Below are positions 12,140 to 25,060 of a DNA stretch of 64,000 nt, piece after piece. The DNA lies in NCBI RefSeq assembly GCF_030144855.1, contig NC_082716.1, positions 68,758,001 through 68,822,000 on the forward strand. The letters run 5' to 3'. Position numbers and translations under genes: made by a program. The notes under the pieces were generated by a model. The model searched no databases, was not told where the DNA came from, and was given only the letters and a program-made list of their open reading frames with translations. Every line of letters begins with the position of its first letter. The stretch's first letter is position 1. This stretch comes from Hypanus sabinus (taxonomy: Eukaryota).

Positions 12140-14239
12140 GTCACTACCTCCTCCCATAGATGCTGTCTGGCCTGCTGAGTTCTGCCAGCATTTTGTGTTT
12201 TTATTTATTTCCAGCATCTGCAGATTCACTTGTGTGCCTTAATATTGGGTATTAGTCAGATGTTTGTCACTGATGCAAACTAGTGAGTTTTTGATTATCT
12301 GGTTACAACTTGGTCAATGATAATCGAAGATGACCTCTTTTTGCAACAGAGAGTAAGTGGGCCGTTTCCATGCTGTAATTGTTATATGGTTATCAAGACA
12401 GTTACAAGCTTCTGATAGCATGTAAAGAGTTTGACTAAAAACACATTCAACTTGGCAAGTGGTGGGAAAAACAATTAAAACAACTTTGCTTTCTCCCAGA
12501 GCTGTGGAAACTTTTTTTTTGAATATCACAAGTTATCCAGAAATTTTGCTTGAGTTGTTATATCACTCGGCAGCTTAATAAGACTTTCTTGCAATGTTGT
12601 GTCAACAAGATTCACATTCTCCCCAAATGGATCCACCACCCAATCTGGAATATGCAATCCCAGCAGGTACCTGAACCCAAATTCCCTATCAGTGTGGAGT
12701 TGTTTCAAATGAAATAATTTCCAACTCAGGATCAATAAAGTACTTATCATTATAGAATCAGATCATCATCTTGCAGTTCTATTTCAAGAGTGGCCAGTGA
12801 ACGAAATTTCATAAACTCCTATTGTCTAATACTGAATTTTCCAAGGAAGGCAGTAATGGCTTCCTGCATAATATACAATCGCAGTTTTTTCTTTGTAACT
12901 GTTTAATAAATCAAGTTTTTTTTTAAAGATATACTGTATCTGACTGGTTAAGTAAGTCAGACTAAGCACTGACAGTTGTACTCCAATCTGCTTTATCACT
13001 TAGAAACGGTACAATACCACCCAAAGTGCAAGAAACTGAGGAAGACAATTATCTTTTGATAGCCATCAGACTTTTGTACACATTAGTGGCTGTTCAAAAT
13101 CTTCATTTGCGGCTTTCATGTCACATTTTTAAAGTACTATAACACGCACGGGTCTGTGGAAGGCTAATAGAACAGTGTCCTGCTGCACAGTCGCCGATTG
13201 GCCTTGCTGCAGACAGCCTCTCCCAATCTGCAGTTTGTGGTTTGGGGTGGATATGAAGTGGGGCTCCGTGGGCCTCCTTGCAGGCCATGAACAGTGATTT
13301 ATGTGTGGTCAAGCAGGAGTAGAGATAATGGGCGATGTGCCACACCACACACCGGCCATGCCGTTCGGCTGCCTCACTGCCCCATTCATTTCATTCTAAA
13401 TTGCACATATTAATTCATTTTTATTTATATATTTAAGTAATACTCCATTAAAATAGTGAACTTATCGTGGCCAATTCAGAAACTCCTGTGGCCCCCATGT
13501 TCCTGTGTTTTTTGTTACCCCTACAAAATCCGGCATGGCCTGGCCCACTCTGAAACCCACCGCTGTACTGGACAATCATTAGCGATAGAGGATCCAAGTC
13601 CCATTACATTTGGGCTTTAGCTTACACAAAATAAACATTTGTAACGCCTGTACCACTGTAAACCCATTCTTCCCCCCCCCCCCCCGTATTCTGCCACGCG
13701 GGTAATTTACGATGCCAACCTTTAGAGGGTGGGAGGAAACCAGGGATTGGGTCCGTGTCTCTACCTGCCCCTGTGAGGTAGCTGCTCTGAAAACTGTGCC
13801 AGAGTGCATCCCAGCCCCAGGAGATGCCGTCTCACCGCCGTCTGACATGGAACATACCGCGGTAGGATGGCTGCTCCGGTTTGATAATCCCTACAGGATT
13901 AATTGCTGGTTTGAGTGGGACTAAATCACCATCTCGTGGCTATCACATATAATTACAACATTACATGTCTGGGAAACCCTCAAAATAAATTCCGGGGGAA
14001 ATTTAAACAAGGTAACGTTTGTAATCATAAGCAGTCCCATATCAAACACCAGGAAGTTAAAATTTCTGCACAACGGTCCATTGTATTAGAAAGAACACAG
14101 GTCTTTGGAAGCTGATGCTATACCGATCTTTTAACCCAGTGGTTCTCAACGTGGGTCATATTGACCCTGCACCTCAGGTCATGCCTGATTTCCTAGGGGT
14201 CATAAGTAACAACCAAGAAAATGGGGGCCACAGGTGTTA

Positions 14240-17200
14240 GATCATAAAATATAAGAGCAAATTAGGCCATTTGGCCCATTGAGTCTGCTCTGTCATTTCA
14301 TCATGGCCGATCCATCTTTCCTCTCAGCCCCAATCTCCTGCCTTCTTCCCATATCCCTTCATGTCCTGATCAATCAAAGCCCTATCAACCTCTACCTTAA
14401 ATAGACCTAAAGACTTGGCACAGGCACCTATGGAAATGAATTCCACAGATTCACTACTCCCTGGCTAAAGAAATTCCACCACATCTCTGTTCTAAAAGGA
14501 TGCCCCTCTGTTCTGAGGTGGTGTCCTCTGGTTCTAGACTCTCCCACCAAGGAAACATCCTCTCCACATCCACTATCAAGGCCTTTCAACACTCGATAGG
14601 TTTCAATTAGGTCACCCTTCAGACTTCTGAATTCCAATGAATGTAGACCCAAAACCATCAAACACTCTTTATATGACAAGTCGTACAAACCTGGAATAAT
14701 TTTTATGAACCTTCTTTGAAACATCTCCAGTGTCATCACATCCTTTTTAAGGTAAGGAAATTCTGCTCAAGAACTCCCAAATCCCTTTGCGCCTCAGATT
14801 TTTGAATTTTCTCTTCATGTAGAAAATAGTCAACCCTTTTGTTTCTCCTACCAAAATGCATGGCAGAATGCTTCCCGACACTGCATTCTATCTGCCACTT
14901 CTTTGCACATTCTCCTAATCTACTTAAGTACTTCTGTAGCCTCTCTACTTCCTCAAAACTACCTGCCCCTCCACTTATTTTCGTATCATCTGCAAACTTT
15001 GCAGTTAGCCATCAATTCCATCATCCAAGTCACTGATGTATAATGTACAAAGAAGCAGTCCCAACGCAGATCCCTGTGGAACATCGCTAGTCACTGCCAG
15101 TAAGGGCTCCCTTTATTCCCACTCTCTTCCTCCAGCCATTGCTTTATCCATGCTAGTAATACCATGGTCTATTAACTTGTCAAAGGCCTTCTGAAAATCT
15201 CAGTACACAGCATCAATTAATTCTCCTTTGCCTATCCTGCTTGTTATTTCTTCAAAGAATTCCACCAGATTTGTCAGACAAGATTTTCCCTTGAAGAAAC
15301 CATGCTGATTATGGCCTATTTTATCATATGCCTCCAAGTACCCTGAAAGCACATCATTAACAATCGATTCCAACATCTTTCTAACCATTGAGATCAGACA
15401 AACTGGCCTATAATTTCCTTTCTTCTGCCTCCTCTCTGCTTGAAGTGTGGAGTGACATTTGCAATTTTCCAGTTTTCTGGAACTATTCCAGAATCTAATG
15501 ATTCTTGAAAGATCATTACTAATGCCTCCATAATCTCTTCAGCCACCACTTTCAGAACCCTGGGGTGTACACCATCTGGTCCAGGTGATTGATCTACCTT
15601 CAGAGCTTTTAGTTTACCAAGAACTTTCTTTCTAGTTATGGTAACTTCACACACTTCTGACCCTTGACTCTCTGGAACTTCCACCATACTGCTAGTGCCG
15701 TCCACAGTGAAGACTGATGCAAAATACTTATTCAGTTTGTCCACCATTTCCTTATCCCCCTTTGCCACCTCTCCAGCATTGTTTTCCAGCAGTCCAATAT
15801 CCACTCTAGCCTTCCTTTTACACTTTATGTATCTAAAGAAATGTTTGGTATCTTCTTTGATATTATTGGCTAACAAACTTGCATATTCTACCTTTTCCTT
15901 CTTAATGACTTTTTAGTTGCCTTTTGTTGGTTCTTAAAAGCTTCCCAATCCTCTAACTTCCCACTAATTTTTGCTCTGTCATATGCCCTCTCTTTGGCTT
16001 TTATGTTGGCTTTGACTTCTCTTGTTAGCTACCATTATGTCATCTTGCCTTCAGAATACTTATTTCTGTTTGGGATGTATATATCCTGTGCCTTCAAATT
16101 TGCTTCCAGAAATTTCAGCTATTGTTATTCTGCCGTCATCCCTGCCAGTATTCTTTTCAAATCAATTTTGGACAACAGCTCTTTCATGCCTCTGTAATTC
16201 CCTTTACTTCACTGATACACCTGATTTTAGTTTCTTCTAAAATTTCAGGGTGAATTTGATCAAATTATGATTACCTGTCCCTGAAGCTTCTTTTACCTTA
16301 AGCTCTCTAATCAATTCTGGTTCATTGCACGACACCCAATGACTATTGTAACAACGCTCTTTTGGCATGCATTCTCTATCTCCTATTGTAATTTGTTGAC
16401 AACATCTTTACTACTGTTTGGGGTCTGTATGTAATTCCCATCATGGTCTTTTTATGCTTGCAGTACCTTAACTCTACCCACACCAATTCAATACCTTCCG
16501 AAGCTATGTCACCTCTTTCTAATAAGTTGATTTTATTTTTACCATCAGAGCCACACCACCCCCTCTGCCTACCTGCCTGTCCTTTCGATACAACGTGTAT
16601 CTTGGGCTTTAAGCTCCCAGCTATAATCTTTTTTTCAGCCATGACTCAGTGATGCCTATAACATATGTAACTGTACTACAAGTTGAACAACCTTATTCTA
16701 TACATTGCACTCATTGAAATATAACACCTTCAGTTCTGCATTCACCCTTTATGACTCTGTATGCCTTTTACATTACAACTTGTCTTGTTGACTGCAATTT
16801 TTCCCTATCATCAGCCTCTCCTTGCTAGGAGTCTCACAAAAAATTACCTTTGTTTTTAAACCAACTCCCTTATCCTCACCACTATCACCCCAGTTCCCAT
16901 CCTCCTGCCAAATTAGAGCAACTCTAGCAAGCCATCCCACAAGGATATTGAACCCCCTTGGGTTCTGGTTCAAATGGTTCCATTTTAATATCAGAGAACG
17001 TATACAGCATACAACCTGAAATTCCTATTCTTTGCAGACATCCACAAAAAAAAGAAGAGAATCTCAAAGGATGAACGACAGAAAAGTATTAGAACCTCCA
17101 AAGTCCTCTCCCTCCCCCTCCCACACACACAAGTAGCATCAATGCACCAACCTCCCCTTCCGCCACCCACTTCAGCAGAAAGCGTCAGTGTCCACCGGCC

Positions 17201-17830
17201 ACCAAGCCATGTAACCCATCCCTTTTGCCCTTTTGTACAAGTCGTACCTTCCCCGGAAGAGATCTCAATGATCCATAAATCCACAGCACTAGACTTAGTG
17301 CCAGAGACCCAGTCACTGTGGCTCCCCCTCAACAGTATCTAAAGTTGTAAACAGTATCTAAGGTTGAGGGGAATGGTCACAGCTGTACTCTTCACTGGCT
17401 GTGCATGAAGAGTAACAATTCTTCTAACAATCACCCAGTTACCTATCTCCTGCAACCTAGTAGTTACTTCCCTGTAGCTCCTGTCTATCACATTGAGCTG
17501 CAGCTCCTGGTCCTGGTCCTGGTCTCAGGAGCTGCAGCTCGGTGCACCTGGTGCAGACGTGTTTATCTGTGACACTGGAGTTCTCCCAGACTTTCCACAT
17601 CCCACATACACTACAAAACACTCCCTGAAGCCATTCTCACTAATCTACTCTGCCCTAAGAGACAAGGAATGAACAAACAAGGGCAAAAAAAGAGAAACTC
17701 AGATACTTTACCACCCCCAAGCCTGATGAGCCAAAGCTACTCGAAACACTGGCACACTCAGAAGAATGCACTCCAGTTGCACTTGTGTTATTTTTATTCA
17801 CTCTTTCTAATGAATCCCTCTCATTGACTG
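14240..17830 (-). mobile_element. Near-full-length degraded CR1 LINE nested in the hAT (Rex-type tail inserted at about 16975-17215)
   Basis: 3' tail at about 14240, RT (NQHGFFKGKSCLTNL, SPGPDGVHPRVLK), endonuclease, ORF1 remnants. Confidence 0.88.
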
Positions 17831-18871
17831 GTCACAGTCCAACTCTTTTTGCTGTTTTAATGAAGTATTATTAAAATATATAAAATTTTTAAAAAATAAT
17901 ATATGTAATTTAATTGAAACCTTGAATGAAGTGAATGGAAAAATATGCTAGATGATGCCAATAAGGAAAAAAAAACAGATTGGCCTGTGAGTATGTGTGT
18001 GATGCTGCACATCAATCGTTATCTTTGCCCCTGCTTGACCACGTATAAATCACTGTTCACGCCCTGCAAGGAGGCCCACTGAGCCCCATTCCACATCCAC
18101 CCTAAATCACAAACTTCTGTTTGCCTTCCGATGACGTGTGCATGTTATAACGCTTACGAAACCTCACATGACATGAAGGCAGCAAACAAAGATTTTGAAT
18201 GGTTACTATTGCACCTGGAGGGCTGATGGTAATCAAAAGGTAATTGTCTTTGTCGCTTTGGTGCATTTTAAGACATTATTGCAGCATTTCTAAGTGATAA
18301 GCAGCTTGGAGAACAAATTGTTACTGCTAAGTCTGACATATTTTACCTGTCAGATATATTTGAAAAACTGAATTTATGAAATGGATAGTTACAATGTAAA
18401 AAACTGCAACCTCATATCATGCAAAGAGGCTATTACCACTTTCCTTGGAAAACTCAAAACATTTTAGCAGCAATATTGGATGTCGCGAGTTTATGCAATT
18501 TCTTTCACTGGCCACTCATAAAATAGAATTGCAAGATGGTGATCTGATTGTATAATAATAAGTACTTCATTGATCCTGAGTTGGAAATTATTTCATTTGA
18601 AACAACTCCACACTGATATGGAATTTTGGTTCAGATTCCTACTGGAAATGCATATTCCAGATTGGGTGGTGGATCCATTTGGGGAGAATGTAAATAATAT
18701 TGACACTACATTGCAAGAAAATCTTGTTGAGCTGCAAACTGATATAACAACTCAACAAAATTCAAAACACAGCAAACAATATTTCTGGATAACTTGTGAA
18801 ATTCAAAATCAGTTTCCTCAGCTCTGGGAGAAAGCAAAGTTATTTTAATTGGATTCCCCATGTCTTATCTA

Positions 18872-19183
18872 ATAGACAATAGACAATAGGTGCAGAAGTA
18901 GACCATTTGGCCCTTCGAGCCTGCACTGCCATTCTGAGATCATGGCTGATCATCTACTATCAATACCCGGTTCCTGCCTTGTCCCCATATCCCTTGATTC
19001 CCCTATCCATAAGATACCTATCTTTGAAGCATCCAGAGAATTGGCCTCCACTGCCTTCTGAGGCAGTGCATTCCAGACCCCCACAATTCTTTGGGAGAAG
19101 TTTTTCCTTAACTCTGTCCTAAATGACCTACCCCTTATTCTCAAACCATGCCCTCTGGTATTGGATTCTCCCAGCATCTGGAA
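18872..19183 (-). mobile_element. CR1 3' end inserted into the hAT transposase remnant
   Basis: TRGHGLRIRG..FSQRIVGVWNALP; (atagaca)n tail. Confidence 0.85.
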
Positions 19184-19436
19184 TTGAATGTGGTTTTAGT
19201 CAAACTCTTCACCTGCCATCAAAAGCTCGTAACCATTTTGATGTTGTGAAAAGAGGTGATTTTTGATTACCTTTAACCAAGTTGCAACCAGATATTCAAA
19301 AATTCACTAGTCTGCATCAGTCGCTAGGATCTCACTAAATACGCAAAGTATTAAGTTCTCTTTCATTTCTGGTTGGAAGAATATTATATATATATAATAA
19401 ACAAAGTATCCTATTGAGAACTTTGAAATAGTTTCA

Positions 19437-20625
19437 AAGTTCAACCAACCGATTCCCATGGTTATCCTGACTATACCTCTCACATCCTATCTCCTGTAAA
19501 AATGCTACACCTGCTTCTCAGTTCCTTCATCTCTGTTGCATATGCTCCCAGGATGCTTTTCTTTCTATGACCTCATAAATGTTCTTCTATTCAAAGAACC
19601 GAGAACGCCCTCACCCGCATCTCCTCCACTTCCCGAACATTCATGCTCACTCCATCTTCCCACAACCTTAACAGTGTTAGAGTTCCTCTTGTCTTTACCT
19701 ACACATTCAACACATCATTCTCTGTAACTTCTGTCACCTCCAAAGGGATCCTATTACCAAATATATCTTTATCTACACCCCTCCCCCTGCTTTCCACAGG
19801 GATCACTCCCTCTGTGATTCCCTTGTCCATTCTTCTCTCCCCACTAATCTCCCTCCTGGCACTTACTCCGCAAGTGGCCAAAAGCTACATCTGTCCATTC
19901 ATCTCCTCTCTCCCCTCCATTTAGGGCCCTAAACAGTATTTCCAGGTGAGGAAACACTTCACCTGCAAATCTGCTGCGGCCGTCTATTGTGACCAGTGTT
20001 CCCAATACAGCCTACTCTATATTGGTGACACCCACTGTAAATTGGGGGACTGCTTTGTCGAGCATCTCTGCTCCATCCGCAAAACGTGGAACTTACCAAT
20101 GGCCAAACGTTTTAATTCAAGTCCTATTCCTGTCCTGACATGTTGGCCTATGGCCTCCTCTCATGCCATGATGAGACACCCTGAGGGTGGAGGAGCAACA
20201 CCTTGTATTCTGTCTATAAAACAGTTTGGGTAGCCTCCAACCTGATGGTACGAATATCGATTTCTCCTTCTGGCAAAAACATTTTCCCTCTCCCGTCTCC
20301 ACTCATATTTCCCACTCTGGTTCTTTACCTCTTCTCACCTGCCTATGACCTCCCCTGGGTCCCCTCCTCCTTCTCTCTCTCCTGTGGTCCAGTCTCCGCT
20401 CCCATCAGATTCCTTCTTCTCCAGCCCTTTTATTTCCTACCCACCTGGCTTCACCTATCACCTTCAAGCTATCCCCTTCCCCTCACCCACCTTTTTATTC
20501 AGTCCTCTTCCCCCTTCCTTTCCAGTCCTGAAGAAGGGTCTCGGCCCAAAATGTTGACTGTTTATTCATCTCCATAGATGCTGCCTGACCTGCTGAGTTC
20601 ATCCAACATTTTGTGTGTATTGCTT
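19437..20625 (+). mobile_element. Penelope-like element (RT C-terminus, GIY-YIG endonuclease, terminus with decayed hammerhead 20523-20560)
   Basis: FTCKS..VYC.QC..LLYIGDT..LGD.FVEHL.S..AK.FNS, a GIY-YIG pattern. Confidence 0.88.
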
Positions 20626-20859
20626 TAAAATAGTTTTATTTTTCATATACACCTGTAACATTATATTTAATATATAATGTCTATAACCTGTTAAAACATA
20701 TATATTGACTGTATGTTAGAATAATTAAAACAGTTGACCGAAAATAAAACACTTTATAGTAACGAACAGAGGCTATGAAAGATGGGGTCACAGAGGTAAA
20801 TTAAAGTTAAAAGTGGGCCACAAGCAGAAAGAGGTAGAGATCCACTGTCTTAACCTACT

Positions 20860-23420
20860 CCAAGATCAATCTAACCTTTCTGTACCTTATAGCCCTCGAT
20901 TTTTCTTTCATCCTTATGCTTGCCTAGGAGTTTCTTAAATACCCCTGATGTATCTGCCTCTACCACCACCCACAGTGGTGCATTCCATGCACTCAGCATT
21001 CTCTGTGTAAAAATCTTACTTCTGACATTCCCCCTTTACTTACCTCCAATTGCCTTAAAAGCATATCTTCTGATGTTCACCACTGCAGCCCTGGGAAAAG
21101 GTGCTGGCTGTCCACTCTTATCATCTTATGCACCTCTATCAAGTTGCCTTTCCCCCTTCTTTGATCCAAAAAGAAAAGCCATAGTTTGCTCAACCTATCC
21201 TCAAAAGACATTTTCTGCCATCCGGGTAGCATCCTGTTAAATTTCCTCTGCACCTTCTCCAAAGCTTCCACATCTTTCCTGTAGTAGGGTGACCAGAATT
21301 GAGCTCAATGCTTCAGGTGTGGTCTGACCAGAATGTTATAGAGTCTCGGTCATGGTCATAGTCATGAAGTACTACAGTGCAGAAGCAGGTCCTTTGGACC
21401 TTAATTGTTCTTCTGCCTAGTCCCATTGACCTGCACCTGAACCATATTTCTTCATACTTCTCCCATCCATGTATCTATCCAAATTTCTCTTAAATGCTAA
21501 AACAAAACCCACATTCACCTCTTCCGCTGGCCGCTAATTCCACACTTCCAGCATGTTCTGAGTGAAGAAGCTCCCCCTCAGATTTGCCTTAAAAATTTCA
21601 TCTTTCACTGTTAACCCACAACCTCTAGTTCTAGTCTCAACCAGTCTCAGTGGAAAAAGCCTGCTTGCATTTTCCCTATCTATACCACTCATAATTTTGT
21701 ATACCACTATCAGATCTCCTCTCATTCTCCCTTGCTCTTGTGAATAAAGTCCTAAATAAATCAGCTCGTCAAGTCCTGGCTACATCCTTGTAAACTCTCT
21801 CTGTACTTCTTCAATCTTATTGACATCTTTCCTATAAGCAGATGACCAAAACAGCACACAAATTAGGCCTCACCAATGTCTTATACAACTTCACCATAAC
21901 ATCGCAACTGCTGTACTCAATACTTTGATCTATGAATTCCAATGTGCCAGAAGTTTTCATCACAGCGTTCTCTACGTATGATGCCACTTTCATGGAATTA
22001 CAGATCTGTATATTTCTGATTTATTCCTAGAGCCTTTCTTGAACAACTGAGTATTAGCAAACCTCTAGTTCTATGGCACCTCACCTGTGATTAAGGACTG
22101 TTTTTAAGTACCCCTGCTAGGGTCCCTGCAATTTCTTCACTAGCCTCCCACAAGATCAGAGGGAAGAACTTTGTCAGGGCCCGGGGATTTATCCCACCTA
22201 ATTTGCCTCAAGATGGCAAGCAACCCCTCTTCTGTAATCTGGATTTCGTTCAAGACCTCACTACTCTTTTTGCCTCAGACACTCTATCTATCTCCCCAGT
22301 AAACATAAATGCAAACATCGTTTTGAGATCTCCCTCATCTCTTTTAGCTCCATGCATAAGTGACCACTCTGATCTTTAAATGGACAAATTTTGATCCCTG
22401 CTTTTAATATATCTGCAGAAGCCCTTGTGATTCTCTTTCACCTTGTCTGCCAGGGTAACCTCATGTCCTCATGATTTCTTTCTTAAGTGTTCTTGCATTT
22501 TTTATACTTCTCAGTTGATCCTAACTTCCGATATCCTTCTTCTTATCCTACCCAATATCCCTCAAAGCCAAAGTTCCCTTTTCCTACTAGCCTTACCTTT
22601 TATTCTGACAGGAACGTACAAATTCTATGCTTTCAATATTTCACCTTGTGAAGGCCTCCCTCTTACCAAATACCCATTTGCCAAAAAGCAACTTCTCTCA
22701 ATCCACACATGCCAGATCTTTTCTGATGCCATCAAAATTGGACTTTCTCCAATTTTGAATCCCAACCCAAAGACCAATCCTATCCGTCTCCATAATTATC
22801 TTGAAACTAATAGACTTATGCTCACTAAATCCAAAATGTTCTCCCACACACACTTTTGTCACTTGACCTGTCTCATTACCTAATAGGAGATCTAGTATCA
22901 AGCTCTGTCTAGTTGAGACCTCTTTTTTGAATTCTCCTGAACACGTTTGACAAACTCTATCCCATCCAGTACTTTTACAGTATGGGATTCCCAGTCAAAA
23001 TGTGGAAAGTTAAAACCACCTACTATCACCACCTTATTTTTATTGCAACTGTGTGCTTTTTCTCTACCAATTTGCTTCTCTACATCCTGCTGGCTACTCG
23101 GTTTTCAGTTGTATAATCCCACTAACTTGGTCAACCCTTTCCTATTCCTCAGTTCCATTTGTGCAACTTCAGTAGACAAACACTACAATCGATCCTATCT
23201 GAACACTGCTGTGACATTTTCCCTGATTAGCAATGCCACCCCTCCCCCTTTAATACCACTCCCCCTAGCATGTCTAAAATAATGGAACCCCAGAACACTG
23301 AGCTGCCAGTCCACATGTTGATTCATGGTCTAAGCTTGTCTGCCTTACCTACAATAGTCTTTCCACTGAAATAAACACAACTCAGGACAGTAGTCCCACC
23401 ATGCTCAACTGTTCTGTTCT
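20860..23420 (-). mobile_element. Two adjacent CR1 LINE fragments (about 20860-21345 and 21350-23420)
   Basis: ALEKVQRKF, RGDLIVVYKIM, LDLLLGNE..EHFG.SEH..F. Confidence 0.8.
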
Positions 23421-24805
23421 GAAGCTGTAACATTATCAGTTCTCCCAGTTTTTTTCTGCTTTTCCCCTTCTGCCTTATGTTACGTTGCCTCTGTTTGCTT
23501 TCCCTTGACCTTTGTTTCTTACTATTGGCCTTCCCCAGCGATTCATTCTTCCTCTCATCATTCTCTTACTGCTTCTGTTCTACAGTTGTGAACAGCAGAA
23601 ATGTTTCAAGGGATACATCAAAGCTCAAAGTAAATTTATTATCAAAGTACAAATGCATCACCATAGACTACCCCTGAAATTCATTTTCTTACAAGCATTC
23701 ACAGTAGAACCGAAATGCAATGGAATCAATGACAAACTACACAAAAAAGACATGGTTCATATATCAAGATTTTATTTATGAAACTTTAATTGAAAGGTTG
23801 ATGGGAAGGGGATGTGTTGGGGGTGGGGGGGCGAAATTAGCACAGAAGACCAGGATCACAAAGGGCAAGAGAGGCAGAGCTTGTGATTGAAGTCAAGGAA
23901 AGCCCAGAACCAAGCAGAGAGCAGGGTAAAGTTGGCCACAGAGAAAGAAACCACAACCTGAAAGAAAAAAAATGGGATAACTTCTTACGTTTCCCCCATT
24001 TTCATCACCAAAATATGTTAAGTTCTTCACCATGAGAAAGGAGTAGTTGATTCAGCAAGCTGTAGAACCCTATCATTTTTCCATTAACTTGGCAACATCC
24101 CAAACTTAGTCCTTTTTTTTTTGCAGCATATAATTAGATGTTTTGGGGCTGAAAATAAAACATGAAGTGTCCACAGAAAGCATTCTGATAGCAGTCAAAT
24201 CCAGAAGTCTTTCTGTGTCTGTTCAAGTCAAAAGCCCTGACAATTTGGTCTCACCATCACCCTGTCTTACGGCTTCAGACAGCATCATGATTTCCACCCT
24301 GTAAAGTCAGCTGCTCCTTTGTCATCAGGATCCTACCCTGTCACTTTAAAGAGCAAAGTGTACCCACCTTTCATTGTTTGACAAATTGCTTTGAAGTTGT
24401 CCTTTCTGATTTGCCAATGTCAGAAAGGCAAATTATTTCAGTATAAACAATTGACAAGTTGATCCATCATCTCCAGGAAGAGCATAAGGCTACAGGTGAT
24501 GGTTTATAAGAATAGGTAAAATTTACCACAGTTTAACTTGATATTGCAGTAGAGGAGTGGTAGGGACAGAGGACAAGGAACAAGGTTCCTCTAGTTACTG
24601 TTAACTTCAACCTAAAACTGCACAGAATTCCTTGGAGTTGCATTTTGCCACATTCATAGCCAGGACCAGACACCTCATAATTTAACAACTTTCAAAAGCA
24701 GTGATATGAGACTATTTAAATTAGCGACCAAATTAACATAAATATCCCGATTGCAACATTTACTTTAAGTTAAATTATATGAATTTGACAAGAAAGCATA
24801 CTTAC

Positions 24806-25060
24806 AGGTGACGATGTTCCTTGTTTTGCTTGCACCTCCAATACCAGCCGAATTTGCTGCAAAAACAGTAATTCTGTAGAGAGTGGAAGACTCCAAACCC
24901 GTGACCGTTCCATTGTTTTCGTAAAATGTCAAATTATAATCACTGGTGCGAGATTTCACATTCAGAAGATATCGATCTGCTCCTAATACTTTGGTCCACT
25001 TCGCAATGATTGTTGAACTTGAATTAGATTTTAAGTTGAGCAACTGTGGTCTCTTTGGCA
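24806..25060 (-). CDS. FNDC7: FNDC7-like gene, FN3 domain 2 exon
   Basis: 255 nt, ttactcatgaag acceptor, T|GTAAGT donor, phase 1-1. Pattern IIAKW..GADRY...GLESSTLYRITVFAANSAG. Confidence 0.92.

Larger units (their letters stand above)
11559..12238. mobile_element. Penelope-like element termini in inverted arrangement
   Basis: Flanked by a direct repeat ttaatattgggtatta (11543-11558 and 12239-12254). 11559-11755 is the reverse complement of about 12005-12200, and 11939-12005 of about 12174-12240. Confidence 0.85.
11145..13562 (-). mobile_element. Buster/Charlie-type hAT transposon (defective) with ZBED8/SCAND3-like transposase C-terminus
   Basis: Perfect 8-bp TSD ctgTActg (11137-11144 and 13563-13570); TIR-like ends tagtgtttctcaac and ctgaaacccaccg; IPDWVVDPF and FPTT..VEC.FS remnants. 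Confidence 0.88.
14137..20847 (+). mobile_element. Second copy of the Buster-type hAT, inflated by nested CR1, Rex and Penelope insertions
   Basis: TIRs CAGTGGTTCTCAAC and rc CAGTGGATCTCTAC; TSD tttTAacc / tctTAacc; transposase remnant IPDWVVDPF..FPQLWEKAK..ECGFS..HQSLGSH* at 18570-19338. Confidence 0.88.

Noticed and set aside
17495-17540. 15-bp inverted repeat around (cctggt)n
   Set aside because: Largely intrinsic to the CR1 ORF1 ELQL repeat; no independent significance.
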